Origin: Candidatus Shapirobacteria bacterium
Lineage (GTDB): Bacteria > Patescibacteriota > Microgenomatia > UBA12405 > BS750m-G30
Direction: 5' to 3'
Length of the DNA: 44,227 bases
Assembly: GCA_016783425.1 (NCBI GenBank)
Contig: JADHWP010000002.1
Coordinates: forward strand, 1-44,227
In this document: positions 41,980 through 44,227 of the stretch, in pieces
Layout of the letters: each line of letters opens with the position of its first letter
Numbering within the stretch: the stretch's first letter is position 1
The notes under the pieces: model-generated
Databases searched by the model: none
What the model was told of the DNA's origin: nothing
Seen by the model: the letters and a program-made list of their open reading frames with translations, nothing else
Translations under genes and position numbers: made by a program

Positions 41980-42480
41980 CTATCCCTTTTTAAGGATACC
42001 TTTTTCAATTGAATGGGAAAGCAAAATAAAAGTTAAGCCAGTAGAAACCATAAAAATCGTCGGCCAGACAAAGCCAACAGTCGGTAAAGTAGCACTGCCA
42101 CTTGAGCTGATTGAATCCCAGTCAACGTTATCGCTTCCCAAAGTCAAGGTGAAGGAAATTGTTGAGCCAGCATTAGTTAAGGTAATACTATGGTCTCCGG
42201 CGCTTAAAGTTGCCGGAGGAGTAAAGCTCCAATTTCCATCAATGTCAGTCGTGGCCTGGTAAGTTTCGGCGTCAATCGTGATATCTATGGCGCTGGAAGC
42301 AGCCGCTTCACCGGCAAAGGTGGGCTGTAAACTTGAATACCACCATTGGGGATAGAGTTTGCCATCAGTGTTTAAATTGCCAATTGATTTAAGGTTAAAA
42401 CCTGAAGCAAAAACCGAAGAAAAATTTAAGAAAAGAAAGGCGAGAGCGAGAACAACCAGGGCAGTTAGTTTTTTTCTCAT
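41980..42480 (-). CDS. Secreted Ig-like-domain protein with C-terminal sorting-signal-like anchor
   Basis: Has the signal peptide MRKKLTALVVLALAFLFLNFSSVFA and a beta-rich domain (TTDIDGNWSFTPPATLSAGDHSITL). The C-terminus is LPTVG, about 19 hydrophobic residues, then the basic tail KGILKKG. Confidence 0.5.
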   Translation of the reverse strand: MRKKLTALVVLALAFLFLNFSSVFASGFNLKSIGNLNTDGKLYPQWWYSSLQPTFAGEAAASSAIDITIDAETYQATTDIDGNWSFTPPATLSAGDHSITLTNAGSTISFTLTLGSDNVDWDSISSSGSATLPTVGFVWPTIFMVSTGLTFILLSHSIEKGILKKG

Positions 42481-42503
42481 TGCTAGTATAGTATCATTCT
42501 ATT

Positions 42504-43067
42504 ATGGAGCAAATAAGTAGTCAAGGGAAGAAAGTAGCTATTTTTGGCTATTCTCAAGCTAAAAAAGAAGACAAGCTTTATCAGGAGGCTTTTGAGGTTT
42601 GCCGGATTTTAGCCCAGGAAGGCTATACTATTGTTAATGGGGCGGGCCCGGGGGTAATGCGGGCGGCCACCGAAGGAGCAAAAGCGGGAGGCGGAAAAAC
42701 GATTGGCGTTGCTTTTAAAAGTGAGGGCATGAGTAATTTTGAAGGCCGGGATTTGGAAAACAAGGTGGATGAGCTGATCATAACGGACAATTATTTAGAG
42801 CGGACTTTAAAATTATTGGAAATAGGGGATGTGTTTGTGATTTTTAACGGAGGCACAGGGACGATTTCCGAGTTTGGAATGGCCTGGGGTTTGGCTCGGC
42901 TCTATTATGGGACTCACGAACCATTGATTTTATATGGCTCCTGGTGGTATGAGGTTATGGAAGTTTTTGGGAAAAATATGAAGCTTAGAGATGAAGAACT
43001 GCGGGTTTACCGGATTGTAGATTCGCCCAAAGAGGTGTTGGAAGAAATAAAGGGCTTGATCGGCTAA
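42504..43067 (+). CDS. LOG-family (TIGR00730-type) nucleotide phosphoribohydrolase-like protein
   Basis: Contains VAIFGYS, IVNGAGPGVMRAATEGA and FNGGTGTISEF. Confidence 0.75.
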   Translation: MEQISSQGKKVAIFGYSQAKKEDKLYQEAFEVCRILAQEGYTIVNGAGPGVMRAATEGAKAGGGKTIGVAFKSEGMSNFEGRDLENKVDELIITDNYLERTLKLLEIGDVFVIFNGGTGTISEFGMAWGLARLYYGTHEPLILYGSWWYEVMEVFGKNMKLRDEELRVYRIVDSPKEVLEEIKGLIG

Positions 43068-43095
43068 CTTGTTTTTACCCCTCTTTTGTTTTAAG

Positions 43096-43377
43096 ATGGA
43101 TACGATGAAAGTTATCAAAATTGGAGCAGTTTGGTGCCCGGGTTGTTTAGTGATGCGGGCTCGTTGGAAAAAAATCGAAAAAGAAAACCCCTGGTTAAAG
43201 ACCGAGTATTTTGATTATGATGCGGATCAGGAGAAAATAGCGGAATTTGAAATCAAAGGAGAAAAACTGCCGGTTTTTATTTTCTTGAGTAAAGATAAGA
43301 AGGAGTTTTTACGCCTTCACGGAGAACCTTCAAAAAAAGAATTAGTAAGAATTATCTTGGAAAATAGGGATAAGTGA
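43096..43377 (+). CDS. Thioredoxin/glutaredoxin-fold small protein
   Basis: Contains KIGAVWCPGCLVM (CxxC) and LPVFIFL. ATG 43096 or 43105 is preferred over the track TTG 43069. Confidence 0.65.
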   Translation: MDTMKVIKIGAVWCPGCLVMRARWKKIEKENPWLKTEYFDYDADQEKIAEFEIKGEKLPVFIFLSKDKKEFLRLHGEPSKKELVRIILENRDK

Positions 43378-44227
43378 TTAAAAAAGCATTTTTCTTTTTA
43401 CTGATTTTCTTTTCTTTCTTTGTTTCTTTGGCGCAAGCCAAAGAGGTAGAGCTTTCTTTTTTTTGGTCCCAAAACTGCCCGCATTGCGCTTTTGAAAAAG
43501 TGTTTTTGAAAAAATTAAAAAGCGAATATCCGGAAATTCAAATTAAAGATCATGAAATCAGTTTAGCTGAAAATCAACAGCTTTTAGTCCGATTAGCCCA
43601 AGAGTTAAAAGTGCCGGAAAACCTGGTCGGGCTGGTTCCTTTTACCGTGGTTGAGGAAGAATATTTTATTGGTTTTCGGGATGAAGAGACAACGGGCCGG
43701 GAAATTAGAAAAGTGGTTGAGGCTTTGCTGGATAATGGAGAAACAACTGAAAAAGAAATTTTACCCCAAACTTTAAACTTGCCTTTATTGGGGAGAATAG
43801 ATGCCAAAACTCTTTCTTTGCCTTTGCTGACCGTGGTTTTGGGCTTACTGGATGGTTTTAATCCCTGCGCCATGTGGACCCTGCTGTTTTTAATTTCCCT
43901 GCTGTTAAGAGTAAAAGAAAAAAAGAGGCGCTGGATTTTGGGGGCCGCTTTTATTTTAACCTCCGGCCTGGTTTATTTTTTGATTATGGCCGCCTGGCTT
44001 AATTTATTTTTACTCCTGGGTTTTGTTTTTTGGATTAGGCTGGTGGTGGGGGTAATGGCTTTGGGAGCGGGAGCTTATAGTCTTCGGGACTGGTGGAAAA
44101 ATAAAGACGGTGGTTGCGAGGCAGTAGAGGAGGAAAAAAGAAATCGAATTTTTGGCCAGATCAGAAATATTATAGAAAGAAAAGAGCTGGCCTTTGCCCT
44201 GGGAGGAATTATTTTGCTGGCCCTGGC
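43374..44227 (+). CDS. Thioredoxin-fold domain fused to a DsbD/CcdA-like membrane domain (3'-truncated by the window edge)
   Basis: This frame is not in the ORF track. GTG 43374 overlaps the previous stop (GTGA). It reads VIKKAFFFLLIFFSFFVSLAQA (signal), then FFWSQNCPHCAFEK (CxxC), then LLDGFNPCAMWTLLFL and further TM helices. It is open to the end of the window. Confidence 0.65.
   Translation, partial: MIKKAFFFLLIFFSFFVSLAQAKEVELSFFWSQNCPHCAFEKVFLKKLKSEYPEIQIKDHEISLAENQQLLVRLAQELKVPENLVGLVPFTVVEEEYFIGFRDEETTGREIRKVVEALLDNGETTEKEILPQTLNLPLLGRIDAKTLSLPLLTVVLGLLDGFNPCAMWTLLFLISLLLRVKEKKRRWILGAAFILTSGLVYFLIMAAWLNLFLLLGFVFWIRLVVGVMALGAGAYSLRDWWKNKDGGCEAVEEEKRNRIFGQIRNIIERKELAFALGGIILLAL

Noticed and set aside
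39631-42262. Plus-strand ORFs 39631-39873, 39988-40320, 40712-40900, 41368-41640 and 41675-42262
   Set aside because: All are antisense to the 1608-aa A2M-like gene or the Ig-like gene, and their translations are F/L/K-rich low-complexity sequence.
43574-43873. 99-aa minus-strand ORF
   Set aside because: It is antisense to the unlisted plus-strand Trx-fold::DsbD-like CDS (43374 to the window end), which has clear CxxC and NPC motifs.
1-44227. CRISPR arrays, rRNA genes, other tRNAs, reverse transcriptase/DGR or prophage modules
   Set aside because: I looked for regularly spaced direct repeats, rRNA-like conserved blocks and further cloverleaf candidates in all intergenic regions over 100 nt, and found none. 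The only tRNA I can fold is at 24937-25007.

Overview
This 44.2-kb window looks like it comes from a small-genome, uncultivated bacterium of the Patescibacteria/CPR type. That is an inference from gene content: DUF5667/DUF5678-type proteins, an archaeal-type triose-phosphate isomerase, shortened PGK and ValRS, many 4-20 nt gene overlaps, and frequent extended -10 promoters sitting a few nt from start codons. The genetic code appears standard, since TAA, TAG and TGA all close recognisable genes.

I can support about 55 protein genes, one tRNA (Trp, CCA), one T-box leader, several repeat families and no CRISPR array. Recognisable content:
- Translation: efp, valS, trpS, tRNA-Trp.
- Redox: trxA, trxB, and two thioredoxin-fold/DsbD-like modules.
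- MacAB-like exporter: adaptor, ATPase and permease.
- Sugar-phosphate cluster: tpiA, rpiB, pgk, gap and an rpe-like gene.
- Two paralogous AmmeMemoRadiSam-type radical SAM enzymes.
- rtcB.
- Two intact type II toxin-antitoxin pairs (BrnT/BrnA-like, VapBC) plus one decayed pair.
- Glycosyltransferases.
- An IS1595-type transposase fragment at the left edge.

The most unusual items:
1. A canonical T-box antiterminator/terminator (24653-24922) lies directly upstream of a tRNA-Trp gene, an unrecognisable 464-aa ORF and trpS. Its acceptor-binding bulge matches the unusual A73 discriminator of that tRNA.
2. A tightly coupled minus-strand operon (34194-42480) encodes an Ig-like anchored protein, a 1608-aa thioester-less alpha-2-macroglobulin-like protein, a Memo-like::CapA fusion and a polytopic GT-C-like membrane protein.
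3. A visibly AT-rich three-gene island (about 20606-23185) carries a duplicated 63-nt promoter/5'UTR cassette.
4. A composite palindromic element lies between rtcB and the T-box.

All functional calls come from reading motifs in the supplied translations. No database search was run.
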